Below are positions 17,501-26,870 of a stretch of 64,000 nt of DNA, piece by piece. Each line of letters starts with the position of its first letter. Position 1 is the stretch's first letter. Source of the DNA: Terriglobia bacterium (GTDB taxonomy: Bacteria > Acidobacteriota > Terriglobia > Bryobacterales > UBA6623). The position numbers and the translations under genes are program-made. Location: positions 16,814-80,813 of the forward strand of contig VXRL01000051.1 in assembly GCA_009838515.1 (NCBI GenBank), given 5' to 3'. The notes under the pieces were generated by a model. It did no database searches. It was not told where the DNA came from and saw only the letters and a list, made by a program, of their open reading frames with translations.

Positions 17501-17819
17501 CCTTGACCGTCGCTGCGACCTCCACGACGATTCCAGTACGCAATCGCGTCTTGAACCCTTCGCTCGAGGCAGCAACATCGTATGTGCCCGGCTGCACCGG
17601 ATACGCACGATAGGCTCCGCGTTCGTTGGTCGATATCTCCCTCTGCACGCCAGTGCTGAGGTTCGTGACCGTCACGTTGGCTCCAGGCACCAAGGCGCCG
17701 CTCTCATCGGTGACATCTCCAACGATCGTGGCGTTGGTTGTCTGCGCATCAGCGCCTGTCGGGGCCAGCATCAAGACCAGCGCCGCCAGGACGAGCGCGC
17801 CCTGCTTCCAAACTTTCAT
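14520..17819 (-). CDS. TonB-dependent outer-membrane receptor with N-terminal carboxypeptidase-regulatory-like (CarboxypepD_reg) domain
   Basis: 1099 aa, AAGGAG RBS. Signal MKVWKQGALVLAALVLMLAPTGADA. TIVGDVTDESGALVPGANVTVTNLSTGVQREISTNERGAYRAYPVQPGTYDV is the CarboxypepD_reg beta-sandwich, followed by plug-like and long beta-barrel regions. The C-terminal ...FALRYEF ends in the aromatic residue typical of OMPs. Confidence 0.9.
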   Translation of the reverse strand: MKVWKQGALVLAALVLMLAPTGADAQTTNATIVGDVTDESGALVPGANVTVTNLSTGVQREISTNERGAYRAYPVQPGTYDVAASSEGFKTRLRTGIVVEVAATVKVDLSLELGQVTETVEVTGQIPVLQTQDASVGGTVTTTEIERIPVNGRNYTRLILMMPGTSGMTYSQSRGTQSGTFLISVNGARPQDNNFTMDGVDNNMMMMNSPGGSPPMDAIQEFRVATNNNAEFGRSMGANVNIAIKSGSRDLHGSAYWYVRNDNFDANDFFANRSGTGKVAFAQNQYGAAFGGPVPGLRDSTFWFVNYEGFARRRGNNALANFPTDLQRRGDFSELAQRIYDPFTGTADADGNIVREQFQNNAIPQSMHHPAITTYLDIMIPLPNIPGKLTQNYSNTTKASNDRDFVVMRGDHNTGGKDSFNVRYLHQNVSTFSPSSNPYLSRENDFDVRNLSAQWTRLVNPSSILEVRFGYNAPWNPNCTLNSKINRGDFLDQTGIQMFQREVLCEPIPNMSSDGEFSAGGGGTNTGDKVWQFISNYATNAGNHSIKFGVNYSRRHFYTNTSNPMNGNLWFNGDLTSLYNDPGSGFSTASMLLGTPRQFRRSTGETITNGRINAWQFFFQDDWRVTSKLTVNIGMRYEYNNPPYDTTDQLGNLWITPNPATGNLGRLMWSTVNPEIEPETGERNQPAKRLGTTRALMFPDRNNIGPRAGIAYQVDDKTVVRTGVGVFYNSTFVQELQDLRKFWPYTPQQVATVNAVNPENPVPTFFADNPGPPYSSTAAIGGWPQQPTNRSPYSAQWNFFIQRELVDQLSLNVGYVGSSSRKQIGYTAVNTPLTPGPGPIQPRRLMPDFGNVDGGFNRFGGLYNALQVEMNKRFGSGFGFRMNYTWSKAMDEQSSLAEWKTQDPFNIRNDWSRSSWDLQHVFQIAYQWDLPFGRGRRWGGDLNAAADAFLGGWAIEGFTRFNTGPPVGVLSGRDIANVGRSYQRPDVTCDPNNGPKTAEQWYKVDCFQFPQQFNYGNSGANIVEAQGINSWDVSIAKQFQVAEGHRLILRGEFFNMFNKTHFRKPGSNRNDTLASGSVARIFRLQLEPRQIQFALRYEF

Positions 17820-18115
17820 GTTTGCTCCTTGGAGCTACGCCAGCCACTCGGGACGAACACGGACTTCGTGCGCCGGCGTAACTCTGACAATCCCTTCGTA
17901 CTCCAGCTGGAATACCCCACCAGCTGCACTGTAAGAGTTTACCACGCCATCCAGCGGCTGTATCAAGAAAAGTAAGGAATCGCGTAGGCGCAGCCCAAGT
18001 CCCTGCTTCCAGAGGTGTGGTCAGCCGCCGGGAAATTCCTCATGGAATCAGCCATACGCGGCCGGCCGCTGTGCGGCCCTAATTCCGGCGCGACAGAGCC
18101 GCGCGATCTCGAAGC

Positions 18116-19447
18116 TCAGACCTCGAGTTTCCAAGGCTTGCGATACGGGCGTTTGTACATGATCGCTTCGGCCTCGGGATCGTCGACGACCCGCTCGTTC
18201 TCGACGTCCCAGTAGACGCGCCGCCCCGTTCTCACCGCAGCGTTTCCAAGGTGGCAGCCGATCATCGAGTCGTGGCTGATCTCGACGTCGGAGCGCGGCC
18301 GCTCGCGCGTCCGCATGCATTCGAGGAAGTCCTTGACATGGTCGAGATGCATGTCTTCTCGATCAGGGCGATAGGCCTGCCACGGCAGTCCTGAAGCCTT
18401 GTACTCGCGCACCGGCTTGTCGATGCGGTCCGTCTCCGGCAAGACCTCCCAGCCTTGGCGGTCAACGATCAGAATGCCCTTCTCGCCGTGCAGCATGACG
18501 CCGTGCTCGCGATCCGCCGGGCCGCGCCCCACGCCCAAGGCGTGTTCCCAAACCATCGAGAACTCGGGGAACTCGTACAGCACCTGCTGGGTGTCCGGAG
18601 TTTCCATCGCGTCCTTGGGATAGGCAAACTTGCCGCCTACCGACATGGCGGATGTCGGCGACTTGATGCCCATGTACCAGTTGGCGATGTCGATCATGTG
18701 CGCTCCCCAGTCGGTCATCAGACCGCCCGAGTAGGCCCAGTACCAGCGGAAGCTGAAGTGGAAGCGGTTGGCGTTGAAGGGACGGGACTCGGTCGGTCCG
18801 AGCCACATGTCGTAGTCCACGCCGCTCGGGGCCGGGCCGTCCGGCTGGTGCGGGGTCTCGCCCTTCCAGTCCAAGTAGACCCAGCAGCGCACCAAGCGGA
18901 CCCGGCCCAACTTGCCGCTATCGATGTATTCCTTTGCGGCTAGGTACTGCGCTCCTGAGCGTTGCTGCGTGCCCATTTGCACCACGCGGTCATGTTTGCG
19001 AGCCGCCTTGACCATCTGCCGTCCCTCCCAGACGGTGATCGCCAAGGGCTTCTCGACGTATACGTCCTTGCCGGCCTTGCATGCTTCCACGCTTGGCAGG
19101 GCGTGCCAATGGTCCGGCGTGGCGACGATCACCGCGTCGATGTCATCGCGATCCAGCACCCGCCGGAAATCGCCGGTGCGCAGTTCCGCTTCCTGCTCAT
19201 AGTCCGCGACGACGCTCTCTTGCGTCTTGGCGATCTGGGACTCGTCGACGTCGCAGAGCGCGACAGCCTGTGTCTTGCCCGCCTTGAGCATGTCGTTCAG
19301 GTCGAAGCGGCCCATGGTTCCACAACCGATCAGGCCTACACGAATGCGATCATTGGCACCAAGGATGCGGCTGGCGGAGGCTGCGGTCATCGGCGCTGCG
19401 CTCCCGGCAGCAGCCGTAGCCAGGAAAGAACGGCGCGAAGTGGTCAT
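18116..19447 (-). CDS. Gfo/Idh/MocA-family oxidoreductase with twin-arginine (Tat) signal
   Basis: Trimmed to the ATG at 19447 (AAAGGAG upstream). MTTSRRSFLATAAAGSAAPMTAASA is a Tat-type signal. IRVGLIGCGTMGR is the Rossmann motif, followed by ...ATPDHWHA...EKP, characteristic of the family. Confidence 0.85.
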   Translation of the reverse strand: MTTSRRSFLATAAAGSAAPMTAASASRILGANDRIRVGLIGCGTMGRFDLNDMLKAGKTQAVALCDVDESQIAKTQESVVADYEQEAELRTGDFRRVLDRDDIDAVIVATPDHWHALPSVEACKAGKDVYVEKPLAITVWEGRQMVKAARKHDRVVQMGTQQRSGAQYLAAKEYIDSGKLGRVRLVRCWVYLDWKGETPHQPDGPAPSGVDYDMWLGPTESRPFNANRFHFSFRWYWAYSGGLMTDWGAHMIDIANWYMGIKSPTSAMSVGGKFAYPKDAMETPDTQQVLYEFPEFSMVWEHALGVGRGPADREHGVMLHGEKGILIVDRQGWEVLPETDRIDKPVREYKASGLPWQAYRPDREDMHLDHVKDFLECMRTRERPRSDVEISHDSMIGCHLGNAAVRTGRRVYWDVENERVVDDPEAEAIMYKRPYRKPWKLEV

Positions 19448-19668
19448 TGGGGTGCGAGGCTCCTTTCGGCGCGAAGCGCGATCAGGTAACAGCTTATCGC
19501 GGATCGAGCGCCGTGGCGGAGGCGCGCTCTGGGGCGGGCCGCTCTGCGACAACCGTCCGGACGGGCAACACACCGCGGCACAAAATTCCCATAAAGTATT
19601 AGGGTCGGCGGCCACGCTTGCCGGCCGCCGGCATGGTCCGTGGGCACGACCAGAACACAGGAGGCCCA

Positions 19669-22600
19669 GTGCGAACCCCGCGAGACACGGCAACGATTCT
19701 GCGCGATCCGCGATTCTCCCGCGGAACGTTGAGGGGAGCGATCATTGGGCTCGCTCTGGCAGGGGTGCCGGCATCGCTCGGCGCCGCGTCGGCCGAGCAG
19801 ATTGAGTTCTTCGAGAGCAAGGTGCGGCCGCTCTTGGCAGAGCACTGCTACGCCTGCCACAGCGCCAAGATCGAGACGCCCTTCGCCGGCCTGCGGCTTG
19901 ACAGCCGCGAGGCGATCCTCGCGGGCGGCGACTCCGGGCCGGCCATCGTGGCCGGTAATCCCACCCAAAGCCTTCTCATCAAGGCTCTCAAGGGCGAGCC
20001 CGTGCTCATGCCGCCGGGCGGCGGGCTGCCGAACGCAGCGACGAAGACTCTGGCGGAATGGATCCGGATGGGCGCTCCATGGCCCGAGGAACGCATGTCC
20101 AACGAGGCGGAACCAGGTGCCTTCGATCTGGCGCAACGCAAGCGAGCCCACTGGGCGTGGCAGCCTGTCCAACAGGCCGACCCCCCGCAAGTCAGGAAGC
20201 GCCGCTGGCCAGTAAACCCGGTGGATAGCTTTGTGTTGGCCGGGCTCGAGCAGCACGGCATGTCGCCGGCCGAGCCTGCCGACCGCCGCACATTGATCCG
20301 GCGGCTTTCCTACGACTTGACAGGCATGCCTCCAACGCCCGACGAGACGGCTCACTTCACACAGGACGATGATCCCGATGCCTACCAGAAGCTGGTGCGG
20401 CGGCTGCTGGATTCTGAGCGCTTCGGAGAGCACTGGGCGCGGCACTGGATGGACTTGGTTCGCTATGCCGACTCGCACGGCAGCGAAGGCGATCCCGCCA
20501 TACCGAAAGCCTGGCACTACCGCGACTACCTCGTTCGCGCCCTGAATGCCGACGTGCCGTATGACCAACTCGTCCGGGAGCACCTCGCCGGCGACCTACT
20601 CGATGAGCCACGGATTTCCCCGGGACGCGGAATCAACGAATCGATCCTAGGCACGGCGCACCTACGACTGGTCGAACTCGGGTACCAGCCCGTCGACCCA
20701 TGGGAAGAGCGCGTCAAGTGGACCGACAACCAGATCGACGTCTTCTCCAAGGCCTTCCTAGGACTCACCGTTGCCTGCGCTCGATGCCACGACCACAAGT
20801 TCGACGCGATCAGCCAGCAGGACTACTACTCGCTCTTCGGCGCTCTTTACGGCGCCCGGCCGACCATGCGGGCCGTCGACTCTCCGGTCGCGTTGCAACT
20901 GCACTCGAACCGTCTGCGGAAACTCAAGGATCAGATCCGCGAGAGGGTCGCCGGCCAGTGGATCGCAGATGCGGCCTCACTCCCGACCCGCCTAGAGCGC
21001 GCTGACGGAAACGCTGTTCGCACCGCTCTGGAGGAAGCTGCCTGCGACGACGCGAGCCCCCTGCACGCCTTTTTACAGCTTGGCGACCTGCGAGGTGATC
21101 GCTTGTGGGAAGCGGTGGGGGATCTGAGAGCGGACTGGCACAGTCGTATGGCAGCCCGCAAAGCGTCTAACAAGCAGAACTTCCAAGAAATCTGGGACTT
21201 GTCCGGCGCAGACTACGACGAATGGGTCAGCCACGGCGCAGGCGTCGGAGACACGCCATCGGCTCCGGGGGAGTTTCGCGTGGCCCTGGAAGGAAATACA
21301 GTCCTGCACGGCATCTATCCGGGCGGGGTCTACACGCACCTGCTGTCGAGCAAGCATGCCGGCGTCATGCAGTCGCCCCGCTTCACGATCGACACCGACT
21401 ATGTCAGCGTTCGCACGATGGGACACGACTTTAGCTTCGCTCGACTCATCGTGGAGAACTATTCCCTGCCCCTGGGCGGCATCTACGACCAGCGCTACAG
21501 CCCGAGGGCCGACACGATGCGGTGGTGGCAGTTCAAGACCGAGTTTTGGAAAGGGTTCACCGGGTATATCGAGTTCGCGACCCGCGAAGACGCCACCAAC
21601 TTCGTCCTAGACTCGATCGACCGTGCCAAAGACCCTCGGCCCGAGCGACCGACTCACGGCAGGTCTGGAATCGGCGCGGCCGCGGCAGCCTTCCACAACG
21701 GCAAGCGCCAGCCGAAATCGACGACCGAGCCCATTCTCTACCTCTTGGCGGCGGAACCTTCGGGGTCTGCAAACAGTTTCGGGAACATCGTGGCCGAACG
21801 GCTGACCGCTGCCGCGACCGCATGGCGGGGCGGCACCGCTGACCAGCAGCAGGCAAGCTTCTTGGACTATTTCGCCAGACGCGGGCTCGTGGCTACGTCG
21901 ATTGACGAGATCGAGGGCGTCGACGAGCTAGTCGCGGAATACAGGCGGCTCGAGAGCGAGATCGCAGTGCCGCAGAGATTCCCCGGCGTCGTCGAAGAGA
22001 GCGCGCCCGACCATCCCCTGCTGGTCCGCGGCGACCCCCGCAAGCCCGCAGACCCGGTCCAGCGGAGATTCCTCGCAGCCATCGGGGGTGACCGCTATGC
22101 CGATCCGGCGGCGGTCCGCCGCCGCCTGGCGGAAGACGTCACGAGAACGGACAACCCCCTCACGGCCAGGGTCATGGCAAACCGCGTCTGGCAACGTGTC
22201 TTCGGACGCGGCATCGTGGCGACACCGGATAACTTCGGCGTCCTTGGCGATGCGCCGTCGCACCCCGAGCTGCTGGACTATGTCGCGACTCGCTTCGTGG
22301 CGGATGGTTGGTCTATCAAGCGCCTCGTGGAGCTGCTGGTCACATCGCGCACCTACCGGATGAGCAGTACAGCCTCGGGGAGGGCGCTGGAGCGCGATCC
22401 CTCAAACTCCTTACTGCAACACATGCCCGTGCGCAGGCTCGAGGCGGAGGCTATCCGGGACACGCTGCTGGCCGTGTCCGGCCAGCTGGACAGCTCGATG
22501 TACGGCCCCCCTCCACCGTCGCGCAACCGCTACGACGAGTACGAAGGCCCCGGATCATCCATCTATGGCGATGACCGCCGGAGCGTATACCAGGAAATTC

Positions 22601-22983
22601 GTCGCAACCGCACGAACCCCTTCCTCGAAGTGTTCGATCAGCCGACGCCGTCCACCACGCGGGGTCGGCGCGATGTCACCAACGTGCCAGCCCAGTCGCT
22701 GGCGCTGATGAACAGTCCGTTCGTGTTGGGCAGCGCCTATGCGTGGGGGCGGCGGCTGGCGGATGGCGAGGGCCACTCTATCGGCAGCCGCGTGGAATAC
22801 ATGTACCGCAAGGCCTTGGGACGCCCGCCGTCTCAAGACGAACGGCGGGATGCCGTGGCCTTCGTGGCGGGCCTAGCCGAAGAAGAAGGCGCCAGCGAGC
22901 GCGACATTCTGGCCAGCTCCGACACTTGGGGCCGGTTCGCGCACACGCTATTCAATTTCAAGGAGTTTCTGTATGTCCGGTAG
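19669..22983 (+). CDS. PSCyt (CxxCH) / DUF1549 / DUF1553 domain protein (planctomycete-type cytochrome-domain protein)
   Basis: GTG at 19669 with GGAGG 4 nt upstream; the track ORF starts at TTG 19618. Signal GAIIGLALAGVPASLGAASA. FFESKVRPLLAEHCYACHS is the heme-binding CxxCH of the PSCyt domain. Also ...RRLSYDLTGMPPTPDE (DUF1549) and ...CARCHDHKFD, ...NRVWQRVFGRGIV, ...FDQPTP (DUF1553). Confidence 0.85.
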   Translation: MRTPRDTATILRDPRFSRGTLRGAIIGLALAGVPASLGAASAEQIEFFESKVRPLLAEHCYACHSAKIETPFAGLRLDSREAILAGGDSGPAIVAGNPTQSLLIKALKGEPVLMPPGGGLPNAATKTLAEWIRMGAPWPEERMSNEAEPGAFDLAQRKRAHWAWQPVQQADPPQVRKRRWPVNPVDSFVLAGLEQHGMSPAEPADRRTLIRRLSYDLTGMPPTPDETAHFTQDDDPDAYQKLVRRLLDSERFGEHWARHWMDLVRYADSHGSEGDPAIPKAWHYRDYLVRALNADVPYDQLVREHLAGDLLDEPRISPGRGINESILGTAHLRLVELGYQPVDPWEERVKWTDNQIDVFSKAFLGLTVACARCHDHKFDAISQQDYYSLFGALYGARPTMRAVDSPVALQLHSNRLRKLKDQIRERVAGQWIADAASLPTRLERADGNAVRTALEEAACDDASPLHAFLQLGDLRGDRLWEAVGDLRADWHSRMAARKASNKQNFQEIWDLSGADYDEWVSHGAGVGDTPSAPGEFRVALEGNTVLHGIYPGGVYTHLLSSKHAGVMQSPRFTIDTDYVSVRTMGHDFSFARLIVENYSLPLGGIYDQRYSPRADTMRWWQFKTEFWKGFTGYIEFATREDATNFVLDSIDRAKDPRPERPTHGRSGIGAAAAAFHNGKRQPKSTTEPILYLLAAEPSGSANSFGNIVAERLTAAATAWRGGTADQQQASFLDYFARRGLVATSIDEIEGVDELVAEYRRLESEIAVPQRFPGVVEESAPDHPLLVRGDPRKPADPVQRRFLAAIGGDRYADPAAVRRRLAEDVTRTDNPLTARVMANRVWQRVFGRGIVATPDNFGVLGDAPSHPELLDYVATRFVADGWSIKRLVELLVTSRTYRMSSTASGRALERDPSNSLLQHMPVRRLEAEAIRDTLLAVSGQLDSSMYGPPPPSRNRYDEYEGPGSSIYGDDRRSVYQEIRRNRTNPFLEVFDQPTPSTTRGRRDVTNVPAQSLALMNSPFVLGSAYAWGRRLADGEGHSIGSRVEYMYRKALGRPPSQDERRDAVAFVAGLAEEEGASERDILASSDTWGRFAHTLFNFKEFLYVR

Positions 22984-24418
22984 GGCCGCGTTCCGAGTGC
23001 AGCGAAGCCAGAGCCGTATCAGTCGGCGACGCATGCTGCAGACCACCTCGACCGGGTTCGGGATGCTCGCAGCTGCCGCGCTGCTTGCCGACGAGGCCAC
23101 CGCGACGAACCCGCAAGCCGCCCGCGCTCCGCACTTCGCTCCCCGGGTGAGGAACGTGATCTTCTGCTACATGTCGGGCGGCATGTCGCAAGTCGACTCG
23201 TTCGATCCCAAGCCCAAGTTGACGCAGATGGCGGGCGAGCCGGTGCCCTTCAAGGCGGAGCGGACGATGTTCAACAACAACGGCAACATCTTCCCTAGCC
23301 CGTGGGAGTTCAAGCGCTACGGCGAGAGCGGCATCCCGGTCAGCGGCATGTTCCCCCACATAGGGAAAATGGCCGACGAGATCTGCGTGATTCGGTCTAT
23401 GACCGGCAAGTTCATGGAGCACGCGCAAGGGAATTACTACTTCCACTGCGGACTGCCGTTCGCCGGCTTCCCCAGCATGGGATCTTGGGTCACGTACGGC
23501 CTTGGGAGCGAAAACGACAACTTGCCCGGCTTCGTGGTCACCGGGGGCGGCGGCATCCCCCACGGCGGCATCAACATGATGGGCAACGGATTCCTGCCCT
23601 CGGTACACCAAGCCTCGGTGATCCATCCAGGACGCAGCGATCCGATGCGAAACATCACGTCCTCGACAACAGGCGCGAGGCAGCGTCGGCAACTCGATTT
23701 CGTTCGCCGCATGGACCTGGGCTTCTTGGCCGACATCGGCAGCCACGAGCCCGTCGAGGCCGCGATCTCGAACTACGAGACGGCCTATCGGATGCAGAGC
23801 GCGGTGCCGGAACTGGTGGACCTTGGCAGCGAATCAGAGGCCACGCGTAAGCTCTACGGCGTCGATTCCAGCAACCCCTCGACGGCCGCCTACGCCAAGC
23901 AGTGCCTGCTGGCTCGCCGCTTGGTTGAGCGGGGCGTCCGTTTCGTCGAACTGACCATGGTCAACACGCCCGGCAAGACCGATGGCATGGGCAACCCGTG
24001 GGACCAGCACGACAAGCTAGAGCTGGGCCATGGAGCGAACGCCCTCACGGTCGACCAGCCGGTAGCGGCGCTGCTCAAGGATCTCAAGGCGCGCGGCCTG
24101 CTAGACGAGACGCTGGTCCTGTTCTCGGGCGAGTTCGGCCGAACGCCGTTCGCGCAAGGCACGATTGGCCGGGACCACAACCCGTTCGGTTTCAGCCTTT
24201 GGCTGGCTGGCGGCGGCCTCAAGAAGGGGTTCGTTTACGGCCAGACCGACGAATTCGGCTACCGCGTGGTGGAGAACCAGTGCAGCGTGCACGACCTGCA
24301 CGCAACCATGCTGCACTTGCTCGGACTGGACCACGAGAAACTGAGCTATCGTTTCGGCGGGCGGGACTACACCCTTACGGATGTGCACGGACACGTGCTT
24401 CGCGGGATCTTGGCGTGA
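22973..24418 (+). CDS. DUF1501 domain protein (sulfatase-fold), Tat signal
   Basis: AAGGAG RBS, and an 11-nt overlap with the upstream gene. SRRRMLQTTSTGFGMLAAAALLA is a Tat-type signal. FCYMSGGMSQVDSFDPKP, ...GRDHNPFGFSLWLAGGG and ...HDLHATMLHLLGLDHEKL are typical DUF1501 blocks. Confidence 0.85.
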   Translation: MSGRAAFRVQRSQSRISRRRMLQTTSTGFGMLAAAALLADEATATNPQAARAPHFAPRVRNVIFCYMSGGMSQVDSFDPKPKLTQMAGEPVPFKAERTMFNNNGNIFPSPWEFKRYGESGIPVSGMFPHIGKMADEICVIRSMTGKFMEHAQGNYYFHCGLPFAGFPSMGSWVTYGLGSENDNLPGFVVTGGGGIPHGGINMMGNGFLPSVHQASVIHPGRSDPMRNITSSTTGARQRRQLDFVRRMDLGFLADIGSHEPVEAAISNYETAYRMQSAVPELVDLGSESEATRKLYGVDSSNPSTAAYAKQCLLARRLVERGVRFVELTMVNTPGKTDGMGNPWDQHDKLELGHGANALTVDQPVAALLKDLKARGLLDETLVLFSGEFGRTPFAQGTIGRDHNPFGFSLWLAGGGLKKGFVYGQTDEFGYRVVENQCSVHDLHATMLHLLGLDHEKLSYRFGGRDYTLTDVHGHVLRGILA

Positions 24419-24483
24419 GGCCGTCCGGCAGTTAGCAATCGGATCTTGCCGCTCCTAGCCGCTTAGGTCGGAATCGCACGCAG

Positions 24484-25713
24484 CTAGCTCCTGCGCTCGA
24501 GGATGGCTACAGTCTCTATGTGGTACGTCTGGGGGAACAGGTCGACAATCTGCAGCTCCAGCAAAGCGAAGCCAGCGGCGAGCAGGAGCTTCAAGTCGCG
24601 GGCCAACGTAGCAGGGTCACACGAGACCAGATGCAGCCGCGGAGGGGCCAGACGCACGATCTGGCGTACGACCGGAGCACCGAGGCCGGTGCGCGGCGGG
24701 TCGGCCACGATCAGGTCCGGCTGGCCTGAGAACCCATCCAGAAACACGTCCACATCCAAGTGGACTGCCCGCACCGAGCACCCTGCCCGGCGAGCGTTGA
24801 AACGCAGGTCGCGCATCGCCGAGGGAGCCGAGTCGACCGCGACGACCTCCCGGAATCGACGGGCGAGGGGCAACGCGAACAGACCCACGCCGGCGTAAAG
24901 GTCGATCGCAAGACGACCCTCCGCCGTTCCAATTGCCAGCGCTGCCAGACGATGGGCGAGAAACCGGTTGACTTGGAAAAACGAGCGGCCGCTGACTTGA
25001 AAGACCTCCTCGCCACAGCGATAGTCCAGCGGCCTGCCCGGCTCGTCCACACCGAGCGCCGAGGCGGACTTGGCCCAGAACCGCTTCGGCAACGGGCCGG
25101 CTCGACGCGGAAGATTCACCTGTACCTGGTCCTCGTCCGTGAAGAACTCAATCGTCTTGAGACTGGAGGGAAACCTGCGATCGGCCGCCATCCGCTCCAC
25201 GGCGCGGTAAAGTGCGTTTAGCTTGGGCGAGTTGATGTCGCAATTGTGCGTCGCGACGAGGCGATGCGAACGAGCCGCTAGGAACCCAGCTTGGCTAGTC
25301 CTGCCCTGGCGCGCGAAGTGAATCTGTGTCCGGTTGCGATAGCCGAGCGGTTCAGACCGTACAGTCGGTATGTCGGCATCCCAGCCAATTCCGCCGATCC
25401 GGCTCAACGTCTCGCGCAAGATTTCGACCTTGAAGGAGCATTCGAGGTCGTGCGGCATGTGCTGGTAGTGGCAGCCGCCACACTTCCCAAACACCGGGCA
25501 CGGCGGATCGGTGCGCTGGTCGGAGCGCGAGATCCATTCGGTGTCAACGCCTCGGCGGACCCCTGCCGACTTCGTCGACAGTTCCGCGTCCACCGTCTCG
25601 CCGGGAAGCACGAACGGCACGAACACCGCTCCGTCCTCGTGCCGCGCCAGCCCGTCCCCGCCGTAGACGAGCTTGTCGATTTCCAGCCTCGCGCGCATCT
25701 GGTTGATTCTCAC
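24484..25713 (-). CDS. RlmD/TrmA-family SAM-dependent RNA (uracil-5)-methyltransferase
   Basis: N-terminal TRAM-like segment (IDKLVYGGDGLARHEDGAVFVPFVLPGETV). 4-Cys cluster CPVFGKCGGCHYQH. FFQVN. SAM motif DLYAGVGLFALPLA. ...DPPRTG, ...VSCDPATLARD. Confidence 0.8.
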   Translation of the reverse strand: MRINQMRARLEIDKLVYGGDGLARHEDGAVFVPFVLPGETVDAELSTKSAGVRRGVDTEWISRSDQRTDPPCPVFGKCGGCHYQHMPHDLECSFKVEILRETLSRIGGIGWDADIPTVRSEPLGYRNRTQIHFARQGRTSQAGFLAARSHRLVATHNCDINSPKLNALYRAVERMAADRRFPSSLKTIEFFTDEDQVQVNLPRRAGPLPKRFWAKSASALGVDEPGRPLDYRCGEEVFQVSGRSFFQVNRFLAHRLAALAIGTAEGRLAIDLYAGVGLFALPLARRFREVVAVDSAPSAMRDLRFNARRAGCSVRAVHLDVDVFLDGFSGQPDLIVADPPRTGLGAPVVRQIVRLAPPRLHLVSCDPATLARDLKLLLAAGFALLELQIVDLFPQTYHIETVAILERRS

Positions 25714-25943
25714 ACTGCCCGGCGCTGCGGGCTAGCTGCCCCGCTGCGCGCCTAGAGACGCGGTGGGCAACCGAGTCCAGCATGCCAGTACCCCAGCGGG
25801 GCGGCGCGGCCCGCCTGACGCCGCCCTCGGACCCGGTCCGGGGCCGCTCCGACTGACCGGGAAAACCCGCCCCGCGCCTCCGCTAGTGGCGCTCAATGCG
25901 GGATTCAGCGGTGTTGGTAAACTCACAGTCTGGCGGCCTGCAG

Positions 25944-26870
25944 ATGCCTTCGACCGCTTTCCTGTTCCCCGGGCAAGGCTCACAGGCGCCCGGCATGGGC
26001 CTCGAAATCGCCGAGCGATATCCCTCGGCACGGGCCGTCTTCGATGCAGCCGACGATGCATTGGGATTTGCGCTTTCCCGAATTTGCTTCGAAGGGCCGG
26101 CGGAAGAGTTGAAGCGAACGGAGATCACTCAGCCCGCGGTTCTGACGGTTTCGACTGCGACCCTCGCAGCGGTTCGGGAACGCGGCATCGAACCGGCATT
26201 CGTCGCCGGGCACAGCTTGGGCGAGTACTCCGCACTGGTAGCCGCCGGGGCAATGAAGTTCCAAGAGGCCGTTCAGCTCGTGCATGAGCGCGGGCGCTGC
26301 ATGCAGGAAGCCGTGCCACAGGGCGTCGGCGCAATGGCGGCGTTGCTGGGTATCGACTCAGACATGGCCGCCGACGTGTGCCGGCAGGCAGCCGACGGTC
26401 AGGTCGTCTCGCCCGCGAACGTCAACTCCCCCGGACAGGTCGTCATCGCGGGCCACGCCGAGGCCGTCTCGCGAGCGGTCGAACTGGCCAAGCAATCCGG
26501 CGCGAGGCGGGCGGTGATGCTGGAAGTCAGCGCACCGTTCCACTGCGCGCTAATGACGCCAGCTCGGGTGGCCATGGAGCCCCGCTTGGACTCCACCGCA
26601 TTCGCCGACCTGCAGGTGCCGCTGGTCAACAACTGGCAGGCCCGCGAGGTTAGTACCGGCACCGAAGCTCGCGAGGGCCTCAAGCAGCAGATTCCAAACC
26701 CCGTACTGTGGGAACAGACGATCCGCCACCTCGTCGGTCAGGGCGTGGACCGCTACTTGGAAGTCGGCCCGGGCCGAGTGCTTACGGGCCTGATGCGCAC
26801 CATCGACCGCAAGCTGTCCGCGCACAGCACGCACGACCTAGCCAGCTTGGAGGGCATCCCAGCAGAATGA
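25944..26870 (+). CDS. fabD: Malonyl-CoA:ACP transacylase
   Basis: Trimmed to the ATG at 25944. AFLFPGQGSQAPGMG, TEITQPAVLTVS, active-site GHSLGEYSALV, ...SAPFHCALM. Confidence 0.9.
   Translation: MPSTAFLFPGQGSQAPGMGLEIAERYPSARAVFDAADDALGFALSRICFEGPAEELKRTEITQPAVLTVSTATLAAVRERGIEPAFVAGHSLGEYSALVAAGAMKFQEAVQLVHERGRCMQEAVPQGVGAMAALLGIDSDMAADVCRQAADGQVVSPANVNSPGQVVIAGHAEAVSRAVELAKQSGARRAVMLEVSAPFHCALMTPARVAMEPRLDSTAFADLQVPLVNNWQAREVSTGTEAREGLKQQIPNPVLWEQTIRHLVGQGVDRYLEVGPGRVLTGLMRTIDRKLSAHSTHDLASLEGIPAE

Noticed and set aside
17904-17926. Hairpin in the 5' leader of the large TonB receptor gene (7-bp stem CAGCTGG/CCAGCTG, 9-nt loop) as a possible riboswitch, for example cobalamin.
   Set aside because: No B12-box or other riboswitch consensus is visible. 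A single CCAGCTGG-type palindrome is weak evidence.
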